A stretch of 32,000 nucleotides of DNA from Candidatus Kuenenia stuttgartensis (GCF_900232105.1 NZ_LT934425.1:870001-902000), one strand, 5' to 3'; positions 17,199 to 26,367 are shown, counted from the first letter of the stretch. Notes: a model not told the origin generated them from the sequence alone. A program made the numbers and translations.

Positions 17199-18722
17199 TT
17201 AATGCGTCTGTGTGATTACGCCCTGTAACAATTCATCCCGGGTATGCTTATTAATGATTCTTGAGACAATGTTGGTGGTTGAAATTCCTTCCACTAAAGG
17301 AGCCAATACTACCTTGCCTCCGTAGGACTCCACAAACTCCTGCCCCACTACCCCTGCATCTTTCCAGTCTTCGCCTTTTACTAATATTTCAGGTTTTAAG
17401 GACGTAATAATGCTCATAGGTGTTAACTCATCGAACAACACCACGTACGAGACGTCTTCTAATGCCGCAAGCATTTTTGCACGCTCGTCCTGAGAAACAA
17501 TAGGACGGTTAGGCCCCTTCAGTTTTTTTATTGAACTGTCCGTGTTCAGCCCAACCACCAGCAAATCGCCCTGTTTTCTTGCAAACTTAAGATACTCTAT
17601 ATGACCAACATGCAAAATATCAAAACAACCATTTGTAAAAACAACCTTGTCATTTCTCCTTCGGTGTTCTTTTAAAATATTTTCAAGCATTTCAACGGTT
17701 TTAATTTTCCCGGATTTCTGATTCCCTTCGCTTGCAAGTTCATTAAGTATTTCGTCTTTACTTACCGGAACAACGCCAATTTTCCCGACTTCAATTCCTG
17801 CCGCGATATTTGCCAGCAATGTGGCTTCCTCAAAACTATAACCCTCCCCGAGCACCAGGCCAAACATGCTAAGCACCATATCGCCGGCGCCGGTTACATC
17901 ATACACCGCTTTTGGAGTAGTAGGGAATACCCTTCCTTCGCCTTTTTTATGATAAAGAAACATGCCTTCTCTGTCTATAGTGATAACGCAATACTCCAAT
18001 TCCAGGTCAGAGACAAATTTACCCGCAGCCCTATGCAAACTCTCACTGTCGGTAATTTTGATTCCGGTAGCACATTCTGTCTCATGCCTGTTTGGAGTAA
18101 CGGCGGTAACCCCTCTATAGCAGGAGTAATCTCCCGAAAGTTTTGGATCTGCAATTACTACTTTTTTGTGTTCCCGGCAAAGATGAATTATAGCCTTCAG
18201 TAGCGAATCAGAAAGCAAACCCTTGTTCATATCCGATATCAGGACAGTATCACAGTCCTTTATCTTTTCGCTCAGATAACCATTTAATTGTTGTTCTTTC
18301 TCTTTGGAAATGTAGTGGGTTTTTTCATAATCAACACGTAATAATTGTTGTATGCCTTTTCCTGCAGTTTGTAGATGTCCCATTAAACGCATCTTCATTG
18401 TTGTTGGACGGCTATTGTCAACAATGACCCCGTCAACGTCACATTTCATATTTTTAAGTATTTGCAAAAGAATAGTGCCATACGAATCATCTCCAATAAC
18501 TCCGCACGCAAGCACCTGTGCCCCTAACATTTTTAAATTTGCAATAACGCTCCCCGCGCCGCCGGGCCGTATATCTTCTGAAGAAACGTTAATTACAGGT
18601 ATAGGCGCCTCCTGTGATATGCGCCTGACCTCACCCCAAACATACTTATCAAGCATCAAATCCCCGATAACCAGGATTTTCGGGGATCCCAAATGTGAAA
18701 CGATATGAAAAAGCTTATCCAT
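17199..18722 (-). CDS. hldE: bifunctional D-beta-D-heptose 7-phosphate kinase / heptose 1-phosphate adenylyltransferase
   Basis: N-terminal pfkB/ribokinase-like kinase (VIGDLMLDKYVWG, DVTGAGD) and C-terminal cytidylyltransferase (FTNGCFDILHVGHIEYL). Confidence 0.92.
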   Translation of the reverse strand: MDKLFHIVSHLGSPKILVIGDLMLDKYVWGEVRRISQEAPIPVINVSSEDIRPGGAGSVIANLKMLGAQVLACGVIGDDSYGTILLQILKNMKCDVDGVIVDNSRPTTMKMRLMGHLQTAGKGIQQLLRVDYEKTHYISKEKEQQLNGYLSEKIKDCDTVLISDMNKGLLSDSLLKAIIHLCREHKKVVIADPKLSGDYSCYRGVTAVTPNRHETECATGIKITDSESLHRAAGKFVSDLELEYCVITIDREGMFLYHKKGEGRVFPTTPKAVYDVTGAGDMVLSMFGLVLGEGYSFEEATLLANIAAGIEVGKIGVVPVSKDEILNELASEGNQKSGKIKTVEMLENILKEHRRRNDKVVFTNGCFDILHVGHIEYLKFARKQGDLLVVGLNTDSSIKKLKGPNRPIVSQDERAKMLAALEDVSYVVLFDELTPMSIITSLKPEILVKGEDWKDAGVVGQEFVESYGGKVVLAPLVEGISTTNIVSRIINKHTRDELLQGVITQTH

Positions 18723-18759
18723 AATATATTTAAAACTCCGGCAAAATACACGTTATATA

Positions 18760-19386
18760 CTAGTAAGTATCCGCAATAATTTCCGTGGGATTTTCTTCCA
18801 GGAAATAGGACAACTTAACATTAAGAGACGCCGATAATTTATCAAGCGTATTAAGAGATGCAGCGATTTGACCGTTTTCAATCTGTGATAATAAGCTTGG
18901 AGACAGACCTGTCCGGTTTGCTAATTGCTTTTGGGTGATCTTTTTACTTTTCCTCAAAAACTTAAGCTTTTTCCCGACATCGCTCTTCAGTTTATCCTTC
19001 GAATTTTTGATAAGACAGTACGTCTTTTGTGCATTATGTAAAGCCTTTCTCAAGTCATTTAAGTCGAATGGTTTTTTTAAGTAATCAAATGCATCGAGTT
19101 TCATCGTTTCAACTGCCGTCTTAAAAGAGGGATAACCGGTCAATATAATAACACAAATATTCTGGAACCTTGATTTTATCTCTTTAAGCAACTCGGTACC
19201 GCTTATTTGCGGCATTTTTAAATCCAAAATGACGATGTTAAATCTGTCTTGTTCCAGGACGTTTATGGCCTCTGAAGGCATTGTAATGCCTTTGGCGGTG
19301 TAACCCTCTTCGCTTAAAAATTTGGTTAAATATAAATTATAGTCAACATCATCATCTACAACCAATACCTTTACGCCTTTATCCAT
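18760..19386 (-). CDS. response regulator: REC domain with C-terminal XRE-type HTH
   Basis: REC has VLVVDDD, the phospho-acceptor in IVILDLKMP, ILTGYPS and DYLKKPF. The C-terminus LKFLRKSKKITQKQLANRTGLSPSLLSQIENGQ is a Cro/C1 (XRE) HTH. The ATG overlaps the kinase stop by 8 nt. Confidence 0.9.
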   Translation of the reverse strand: MDKGVKVLVVDDDVDYNLYLTKFLSEEGYTAKGITMPSEAINVLEQDRFNIVILDLKMPQISGTELLKEIKSRFQNICVIILTGYPSFKTAVETMKLDAFDYLKKPFDLNDLRKALHNAQKTYCLIKNSKDKLKSDVGKKLKFLRKSKKITQKQLANRTGLSPSLLSQIENGQIAASLNTLDKLSASLNVKLSYFLEENPTEIIADTY

Positions 19387-21754
19387 CGTATGTCACCTTT
19401 TCAAAGTTTGTGGGTAAATTAATTTCAAATTTTGCGCCTTTTCCCACGTCGCTTTTCACATGAATAGCGCCATTATGCCTTTTTATAATGCCATAAGTAA
19501 TGGACAACCCCAGCCCGGTCCCTTTCCCTACTTCTTTGTCCGTAAAAAACGGGTCAAAGACTCTTGAAAGCTGGTTTTCCGGAATACCTTTACCGGTATC
19601 CTCAAAAGTAATAGTAATGGTATTTTTATTTTTAATGCCCGTTGTTATGGAGATGGTATCGCCGGAATCCGTTGCATCATCCGCATTAATCAGCAGGTTC
19701 ATTATAACCTGTTGTAATTGCTCCGCAAATCCTTTAATTTTCGGTAGCCGGGAAGATAATTTCAAAATAATTTTCTTATTTTTTTTCGTGAACGGTTCTA
19801 TAATAAGAGCGACGGTGTCCTTTATAATTTTATTAATATTGGCAGGCCTTGGTTGTTCGTTTCCTTCAAAATGCGATAATTCCAGCAGGGAATTAACAAT
19901 CCTTTCTATCCTTTTAGCCACCTTTTGCATCGTTTTAAATTCTTTTATTGTTTCATTGCTAAATCCCTTTTTTCTTTCAAGAAAGCCTTGTGTCATACCC
20001 GAAATGATTGCAAGGGGGGTATTGATTTCGTGGGCGACGCCTGCCGCAAGCCTTCCGATGGATATCAATCTATCCGAATGTATTAACTGCTGCTGTAATT
20101 TTTTTTGCCGTTCTTCTTCCCGTTTTTTTTCCGTTATATCCTGAATCAGTTCCAGCACCTGAACAACATTTCCCTCCTTATCGAAAATCGGAGAACTGAT
20201 CACATTGCAAAATTTCTTTTTATTATGGTTATAAACCATGCGCTCTGTCTGGTTAATTTTTGCCGTTTTAAATACTTTAAACGAAGGGCACTCAACAGGG
20301 TCTTCCTCAAAATTGCAAAAGGTATCAAAACAGGTATGATTTACTATATTTTTGCCGAGGGGATGATTATTGATTAATCGTTTGTTTGCCCAGCGAATTT
20401 TTTTGTCTTTGCCGATAACGAGGAGGTCTGCCCCGATTTGACTTACAATATCATCCAGTTTCTCCTTTTCCCTTTTCAATTCCAGCTCCAGGTTCTTCCT
20501 TTCGGTTATATCCCGAAAATGTGCCAACATATAGATAATATCATTTCTTTCTCTAACGGCAATAATATCCAGTTCCATTACCAATATCTGCTTATTTTTG
20601 CTGATTACCTCAATTTCAGTTGTCGGCGCCTTCTTATTGACTGCCATCGATAGCAGTGAGATAACCGTTCTTTTTGATGGTATGGTCAGGAAATCAAAGA
20701 CATACTTATTTACAAGCTCTTCCATCTGATATCCGATAATTTCTTCCTCGCGCCTGTTCACCGTAAGTATCTTTCCATTCAAATCTACCATCATCATTGA
20801 ATCTGCCGCATAGTTAAACAACATCTTGTATCGTTCTTCCGAGGTTTTAATCCGGCTGAATAAAATAGTGTTTTCAAGTACTATTGCAAGCTGAGGCGCT
20901 ATCTGCCAAAGATAGAAATAGCACTGTTCGTCAAAACTGTTGAGCTCCTTGGCGCCAAATGTGATTGCCCCAAGCACTTTTCCCTTAAGTATCAGGGGAA
21001 AACCCAGCCGTGAAAGTATTCCTTCGTTATGCAATACCTTATCAGTCCAGAAATGCCCGGTGCTCGTATCATTCACTATGATGGGCTTGCCGGTTTGAAT
21101 AATTTTTTCCAAAAGGCTGCCACCCATGGGAAATGATTCCCCTGCATTAATTTCACTAAAATCATACTTTTTTGCCAGCGCAAACACCTGAAACCATTGA
21201 CCTTGTTCATTTGAAATAATTAAGCAGGCGCGAACAAATGGAATAATCTTTTTCAGTTCGCTGCATACCATTGAAAAACTCTCACGAATGTCAATGCTGG
21301 TAGCAATCGATTTGTTTATATTATTGATAATCTCTTTATCGAATAGCGTCTTTTTCAGATTCCATTCCAACTGTTGTTTGTAAAGCGCATTCTCAACCGT
21401 CTTTTTCAGGTAATCGGCGTCAAAAGGTTTCAAAATATAGTCAACCGTGTCCATGCATAGTTCTTTGATTACCTTACCAACCTTTGCCCGATCAACCATA
21501 ACGATAACATTTGTATCCGGCAAGGCATTCTTCGTACTTTTTACTGACAAAAACTCATGTTCATCGCACAGACAGAGGTCGAACAAAACCAAATCAATGT
21601 TATATTTCTTTATTAAGAGAACAACATCCTTGCCGTGACATGCCATGTAAATAAGATATCCGCATTTTAAGAGCATTTCTTTGAGTGAATTACCTGCCGG
21701 ATATTCGTCATCATTATCGTTGACAACGATAAGAATTTTTCGGACTTTTTCCAT
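19379..21754 (-). CDS. soluble hybrid sensor histidine kinase (REC-GAF-PAS-PAS-HisKA-HATPase)
   Basis: N-terminal receiver (DLVLFDL.., YILKPF), a GAF-like block, and two PAS-like blocks; the second contains HTCFDTFCNFEEDPVECP. H-box AAGVAHEINTPL, N/G boxes NLLINADDA, DTGKGIP and GTGLGLSI. No obvious TM helix. Confidence 0.9.
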   Translation of the reverse strand: MEKVRKILIVVNDNDDEYPAGNSLKEMLLKCGYLIYMACHGKDVVLLIKKYNIDLVLFDLCLCDEHEFLSVKSTKNALPDTNVIVMVDRAKVGKVIKELCMDTVDYILKPFDADYLKKTVENALYKQQLEWNLKKTLFDKEIINNINKSIATSIDIRESFSMVCSELKKIIPFVRACLIISNEQGQWFQVFALAKKYDFSEINAGESFPMGGSLLEKIIQTGKPIIVNDTSTGHFWTDKVLHNEGILSRLGFPLILKGKVLGAITFGAKELNSFDEQCYFYLWQIAPQLAIVLENTILFSRIKTSEERYKMLFNYAADSMMMVDLNGKILTVNRREEEIIGYQMEELVNKYVFDFLTIPSKRTVISLLSMAVNKKAPTTEIEVISKNKQILVMELDIIAVRERNDIIYMLAHFRDITERKNLELELKREKEKLDDIVSQIGADLLVIGKDKKIRWANKRLINNHPLGKNIVNHTCFDTFCNFEEDPVECPSFKVFKTAKINQTERMVYNHNKKKFCNVISSPIFDKEGNVVQVLELIQDITEKKREEERQKKLQQQLIHSDRLISIGRLAAGVAHEINTPLAIISGMTQGFLERKKGFSNETIKEFKTMQKVAKRIERIVNSLLELSHFEGNEQPRPANINKIIKDTVALIIEPFTKKNKKIILKLSSRLPKIKGFAEQLQQVIMNLLINADDATDSGDTISITTGIKNKNTITITFEDTGKGIPENQLSRVFDPFFTDKEVGKGTGLGLSITYGIIKRHNGAIHVKSDVGKGAKFEINLPTNFEKVTYDG

Positions 21755-21817
21755 AGAAAACGCAACTGACTAATATCTTGTAAATACTTTCATAATAAAA
21801 ATTTATTAACGTCGCTC

Positions 21818-21846
21818 ATCTTAATATCATAAAAAATCTATGTCAA
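21818..21846 (-). promoter_or_regulatory. candidate sigma70-type promoter of the kinase/regulator operon
   Basis: Minus strand TTGACA (21846-21841), 17-bp spacer, TAAGAT (21823-21818), about 60 nt upstream of the ATG at 21754. Confidence 0.4.
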
Positions 21847-21880
21847 GAATAAAGAATCCCACCGCGCGCCGGAGATTAAT

Positions 21881-22137
21881 TATAGTCAAACAAATAGTAA
21901 CACTTCCGTTTTAGAAAAACGTAAGAGCGAGAGACGAGGGACGAAAGACGAGAGACGAAAGACGAGAGACGAAAGACGAGAGACTAAGGACGAGAGACGA
22001 GGGACGAAGGAGGTCTATCATCCGTCGTCCCTACACTATGCGCCAAACTTTTTCAAAAAACTAAAGTGTTACAATAAATCTGTTTTTAGAAAGCTATTTT
22101 ATTGCCAAATTTCTAAAATCGTATTTGTTTGGCTATA
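21881..22137. mobile_element. MITE-like element, copy B (257 bp) carrying a heptamer array
   Basis: Same termini as copy A (TATAGTCAAACAAATA ... TATTTGTTTGGCTATA) and the same right arm. Has additional subterminal inverted repeats 21897-21921 / 22048-22072 (about 18 of 25). Confidence 0.5.
21923..22013. repeat. 13 x 7-bp tandem repeat (RRRGACG)
   Basis: AAGAGCG AGAGACG AGGGACG AAAGACG AGAGACG AAAGACG AGAGACG AAAGACG AGAGACT AAGGACG AGAGACG AGGGACG AAGGAGG. The middle part is a 14-bp AAAGACGAGAGACG unit. The period is not a multiple of 3, and no ORF covers it. Confidence 0.9.
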
Positions 22138-22236
22138 TTTAAATATATTGCCGAAAAGGCGCCATTTTCCATGAACTTTCCTCTCTTTTATTTTGTTTAC
22201 AAAGGATATGCTTGTCCAATCTTGCTTCTAAAACAA

Positions 22237-22265
22237 TTGACAAGCCCTGCATTCTTATGTAATAT
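22237..22265 (+). promoter_or_regulatory. candidate sigma70-type promoter for the 22316 gene
   Basis: TTGACA (22237-22242), 17-bp spacer, TAATAT (22260-22265), about 50 nt upstream of the ATG at 22316. Confidence 0.45.
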
Positions 22266-22315
22266 TTTCGGATTATAATTTAATTGTGGATTTTATCAGC
22301 AAAAGGAATTTTATC

Positions 22316-22876
22316 ATGAAGGTTAAACTGGGCAGATTAGTTACATTGCGAACAATGTTCCTGTTAGGACTGTTTGTAAGTGTTTTTGTTATTTTTGCGA
22401 CAGAAAAATGCGTTCTGGCACAACATTCAGGCGGTGGTATAATTGATACCTCCAGACAGCCAGGGGAAAAACCGCCCAGCTTCCATCAGTCCTTTGCCCC
22501 ATATAGCGGTACCGTTCCAATACCATGGATGGACGAAAAACCAAATGCTGTCTCCATTAAAGTAACTGATATTATCACTTATGAAATTCCCGTGGACGAA
22601 AAAAAGATTACGGGAAATAAATTATCCTTTAATGATCTTGAATTAAAAGAGGTTAAAAATAGTTCCGAAATAAATTTTCACCAGGTAGATTGTCATTTTT
22701 TTAAAGTGATAAAGCAAACGCAAGTGCGAAAGGCAGAAGGGTTGATTTGTGTAAGAGAGCGGGAAGGCACACAATATTGGTTATCTGACGATAAAAAATA
22801 TATCGAATGGGGAAAGTGGTCAAACTGGAAACGGAAAAAACCGGGTGAAGTCGAGGCTGAGATAACAGAGGATTAA
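22316..22876 (+). CDS. hypothetical secreted protein
   Basis: ATG at 22316 (AAAGGA upstream) gives MKVKLGRLVTLRTMFLLGLFVSVFVIFATEKCVLAQ, a signal-peptide-like N-terminus. The remainder has no family I recognise. The track's GTG at 22286 is less likely. Confidence 0.6.
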   Translation: MKVKLGRLVTLRTMFLLGLFVSVFVIFATEKCVLAQHSGGGIIDTSRQPGEKPPSFHQSFAPYSGTVPIPWMDEKPNAVSIKVTDIITYEIPVDEKKITGNKLSFNDLELKEVKNSSEINFHQVDCHFFKVIKQTQVRKAEGLICVREREGTQYWLSDDKKYIEWGKWSNWKRKKPGEVEAEITED

Positions 22877-23009
22877 ATTAACCGCAGATTTTGAAGAATC
22901 ATGCATGCCTTTAAATAAATAATGGTATACAGCTATATTACATACAACATTAGTTTTCTATACACCTCAAAATAACATTTCAATTGTAGCGAATATCTAT
23001 CATTTCTGA

Positions 23010-24539
23010 ATGGGGGTCTTTTCTTTGAAATCTTTTTATCTGGCAACGTTTTCTGTTATCCTCAACTTATTTTTATGTAATATTCTTTTCTCTCAAAGCA
23101 CGGATAGGAATAATTTAGAAAATACGCCAATAACAGAAGAAAATACGTCTAAAAACAGGATGTGTCCTGAATGCAGCAGAATATATCCCGGAGACGTAAG
23201 CTTTTGCAGTATTGATGGCAAACAGCTTATCGAGTATACCGCGGCAGATCTTATATGCCCGACATGCAAAGAAAAGGCAGCGCCAGGAGAAAAATTCTGC
23301 AAAAAAGATGGCATGCCTTTGATTGTTCAACCTCTTACAGAGCAGAAGGACCCCGAAGGAAACATTGTTAATCTTACCCCAGCCGAAATAGCACGAAAGA
23401 TACAAACCCACATAGAAGAAGGAAACCGGTTTAAAAATGAAGAAAAATATACCGATGCGCTAAATGAATTTAAACAGGCGGTATTTTTACATCCGGATAA
23501 TATAGGAATACACTTTAACCTCGGTGGTATTTACTGGAAATTAGAAAATCAAAAATTGGCATTGTTTCACATGGATACATGCAGAGACTTATTAGAAATG
23601 CTGCCTGAAGAGAAAAAAAATCAGGAAAATTATCAAAAGATAAGTCAGGATATATATCTCTATATATATAAGCTGGAAAAAGGGCTTTTGCCTGAGGAAA
23701 AACAGAAGCGCGAAGCGCTAGTTTTGGAAAAAAGAAACAAAAAAATGAGCGCAGCGCTGGAGAAAAACCGTGACAAATGGAGTGAAATGGTTTTAATTCC
23801 CGCAGGAAAATTTGTTATGGGGTCAGGTGGTGAAGAATTTATTCCCGAGGAATCACCAATACACGAAGTATATTTAGATGCATATTATATCGATAAATAT
23901 GAAGTCACAAACGCATTATACTGGGAATTCGTACGATATATAAAAGAAACGGGAGACCACAGCAAATGCCACCCGGAAGAGCCAAAAGATAAAAACCATG
24001 TGCCAGGTACTGTGCATACAAACTGGGACTATCCCTATTATGATTATCCCGGTTATCCCGTATCCCGTGTTGACTGGTATGATGCGTATGCGTACGCTGC
24101 CTGGGCGGGGAAGAGACTTCCCACGGAAGCAGAGTGGGAGAAAGCCGCAAGAGGAACTGACGGGCGCAGATACCCATGGGGGAATGTTTGGGATGCAACA
24201 TTGGCAAATGTAGGGCCTAGTGGATCCCTGATTGTAGGTAGTTATGATATTGGAAAAAGTATTTACGGATGCTATGACGTTATTGGCAGCCTCTCAGAAT
24301 GGTGCAATGATTGGTACCATGCCGAATATTACCACAAAAGTCCAAGTATGAATCCAAAAGGCCCTGATTACAGCACAGGGGTGAGAATTATCAAAGGTGC
24401 TTCCCTCTTTGCCCCCTACGCCTATAAAATGAGATGTGCTGTCAGAATGTTTGGTAAGCCGGAAGACAGGAATAAGAGCATTGGGTTTCGTTGCGCAAAA
24501 GACTATGTTCCTGAAGACGAAGAAAACAAGGCAAAATAG
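23010..24539 (+). CDS. FGE/SUMF1-domain protein with N-terminal signal/anchor, double zinc ribbon and TPR-like region
   Basis: Hydrophobic N-terminus, then CPECSRIY..FCSIDG and CPTCKEK...FCKKDG (two CxxC..C pairs), then a TPR-like helical segment. C-terminal MVLIPAGKFVMGS...RVDWYDAYAYAAWAGKRLPTEAEWEKAARG...GFRCAKD is typical of the formylglycine-generating-enzyme fold. Confidence 0.85.
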   Translation: MGVFSLKSFYLATFSVILNLFLCNILFSQSTDRNNLENTPITEENTSKNRMCPECSRIYPGDVSFCSIDGKQLIEYTAADLICPTCKEKAAPGEKFCKKDGMPLIVQPLTEQKDPEGNIVNLTPAEIARKIQTHIEEGNRFKNEEKYTDALNEFKQAVFLHPDNIGIHFNLGGIYWKLENQKLALFHMDTCRDLLEMLPEEKKNQENYQKISQDIYLYIYKLEKGLLPEEKQKREALVLEKRNKKMSAALEKNRDKWSEMVLIPAGKFVMGSGGEEFIPEESPIHEVYLDAYYIDKYEVTNALYWEFVRYIKETGDHSKCHPEEPKDKNHVPGTVHTNWDYPYYDYPGYPVSRVDWYDAYAYAAWAGKRLPTEAEWEKAARGTDGRRYPWGNVWDATLANVGPSGSLIVGSYDIGKSIYGCYDVIGSLSEWCNDWYHAEYYHKSPSMNPKGPDYSTGVRIIKGASLFAPYAYKMRCAVRMFGKPEDRNKSIGFRCAKDYVPEDEENKAK

Positions 24540-24747
24540 CCACAGAAAAGATTTTTGCAATATAGTTTCAGTCCCTTCCATTAAATCCACACATAAGAAT
24601 TTATCCCCAACCTCTCTCGCCAGATGGGGAAATGCAAAAAGTTCCTATTGTGAGGGTATTTAGGGGCGGGATAATTATTACAGATTTTTCGGCAACACGT
24701 TTTAATCAAAAATAAATACACGCCCCTTATACCTCCATCAATTTTCC

Positions 24748-26367
24748 ATGTCAGACATAAAAAAATTAATTTATTCCGTAAAAACCATAAGCAGTTGCAC
24801 TTTTTTAAGCCGCATACTGGGGCTTGGAAGGGATATTATCTGTGCCAGTATTTTTGGAACAGGCCTCGTATGGGACGCCTTTACCGTCGCCTTTAAAATT
24901 CCCAATCTCTTTAGGCGTTTATTTGGAGAGGGCGCCCTTAGCGCTGCTTTTATACCGGTATTCACCGAACATATAGAAAAGCACGGAGAACGGGAGGCCT
25001 GGAAATTTGCAAATATTGTCATAACGTTACTCATTATCATCTTAGGGGGGATTGTATTCATAGGTGAAGGATCTTTTTTTGTGGTTCCAAAACTATTCAA
25101 CATTCATGAAAAATGGCAGTTAATTTTTAAATTACTAATAATCTTGTTTCCTTATGTTTTTTTTATTTGCATTGTCGCTTTTATGGGAGCAATATTAAAC
25201 ACGGTTCGCCATTTTTTCATCCCCGCATTTGCCCCCATGATTCTTAATATATGCTGGATAAGCGGGGCATTTGTATCCTTTTATACGGGGAATGTGACCG
25301 AGAAAATGGTCTTTACAGTGGCAATTGCCATCCTTTTTTCGGGCATTATCCAGATGTATGTCCATCTGCCCTTTCTCAGGCAGAAAGGTTTTAATTACCG
25401 TCCATCATTCCAATTTACACACCCAGGCTTAAAATCGGTTTTTACACGAATGGCCCCCATCGTCTTCGGGTTGGCAATCGTACAGCTTAATGTTTTACTT
25501 GACAGTATAATTGCCGTTGGATTTGCCTCAACTAGTGATGGGCAGGGCTCTTTTGCTTTTGCCGGAATGAACATACCGTTTCCCCTGAAAGTCGGGGCAG
25601 CATCCGTGCTGTATTACAGCGACAGATTAATCCAGTTTCCTTTGGGAGTTTTCGGCGTTGCCATGGCTACCGCAGTCTTTCCTTTTTTTTCCACATATGC
25701 GGCAAGAGAAGACTGGGAAAACTTTTCAAGAACCTTCAACAAAGCTTTAAAATTCATTCTCTTTATGGGTATTCCTGCATCGATTGGTATTATCATGCTC
25801 CGGGAACCTATTGTGAGCCTGCTTTATAAAAGAAACCAATTTGACGCCGAATCGGCATTAAGAACATCTCGCGTCATCTTGTTTTATGCTATCGGCATAT
25901 GGGCGTATTGTGGTCTACATGTACTGATCAGGGCATTTTATTCTCTCAAAGATACGGTTACTCCCGTCAAAATCGGTACATTGTGTGTCGGCTTAAACCT
26001 GGTGTTGAATATTTCGCTCATCTGGACTTTACAAGAAGGGGGTCTGGCCCTTTCCACTTCAATTAGCGCCATAATACAAATAATTATATTAACCCTGATA
26101 TTGCAAAAAAAACTAAGTATAAAAATACAAAAAGAAGTTTTTGTCTCTCTTGTAAAAACGATAATCATCTCAGTTGCGATGGGGTTTGTATGCTTTTTTA
26201 CGCTAAAAATGCTTCCTTATTCAGAGGAAAACACCTCGCTTTACTTTAAGGGAATACGGCTTTTCATTCCAATGTTGACCGCGAGCGCTACTTTTGCTGT
26301 CGCTTCTTTCTTAATCAAATCAGAAGATTTCAGAAATCTCATTAAAGGAGTATTGAAAAAGCCATAA
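24748..26367 (+). CDS. murJ: lipid II flippase MurJ
   Basis: SRILGLGRDIICASIFGTGLVWDAFTVAFKIPNLFRRLFGEGALSAAFIPVF is the canonical MurJ/MviN N-terminus. About 14 TM helices. Confidence 0.92.
   Translation: MSDIKKLIYSVKTISSCTFLSRILGLGRDIICASIFGTGLVWDAFTVAFKIPNLFRRLFGEGALSAAFIPVFTEHIEKHGEREAWKFANIVITLLIIILGGIVFIGEGSFFVVPKLFNIHEKWQLIFKLLIILFPYVFFICIVAFMGAILNTVRHFFIPAFAPMILNICWISGAFVSFYTGNVTEKMVFTVAIAILFSGIIQMYVHLPFLRQKGFNYRPSFQFTHPGLKSVFTRMAPIVFGLAIVQLNVLLDSIIAVGFASTSDGQGSFAFAGMNIPFPLKVGAASVLYYSDRLIQFPLGVFGVAMATAVFPFFSTYAAREDWENFSRTFNKALKFILFMGIPASIGIIMLREPIVSLLYKRNQFDAESALRTSRVILFYAIGIWAYCGLHVLIRAFYSLKDTVTPVKIGTLCVGLNLVLNISLIWTLQEGGLALSTSISAIIQIIILTLILQKKLSIKIQKEVFVSLVKTIIISVAMGFVCFFTLKMLPYSEENTSLYFKGIRLFIPMLTASATFAVASFLIKSEDFRNLIKGVLKKP

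Noticed and set aside
19500-20144. 214-aa ORF antisense to the histidine kinase, and similar long antisense ORFs at 5760..6269, 7712..8212 and 11643..12104
   Set aside because: All lie inside strongly supported genes (kinase, rplS/trmD, ffh, murA) on the opposite strand. Their low-complexity, Cys/Ser/Phe-rich translations are typical of shadow ORFs in AT-rich coding DNA.
21923-22013. Heptamer array considered as a CRISPR or coding repeat
   Set aside because: The units are 7 bp and contiguous with no spacers, so it is not CRISPR. The period is not divisible by 3 and no ORF spans it, so it is not a peptide repeat.
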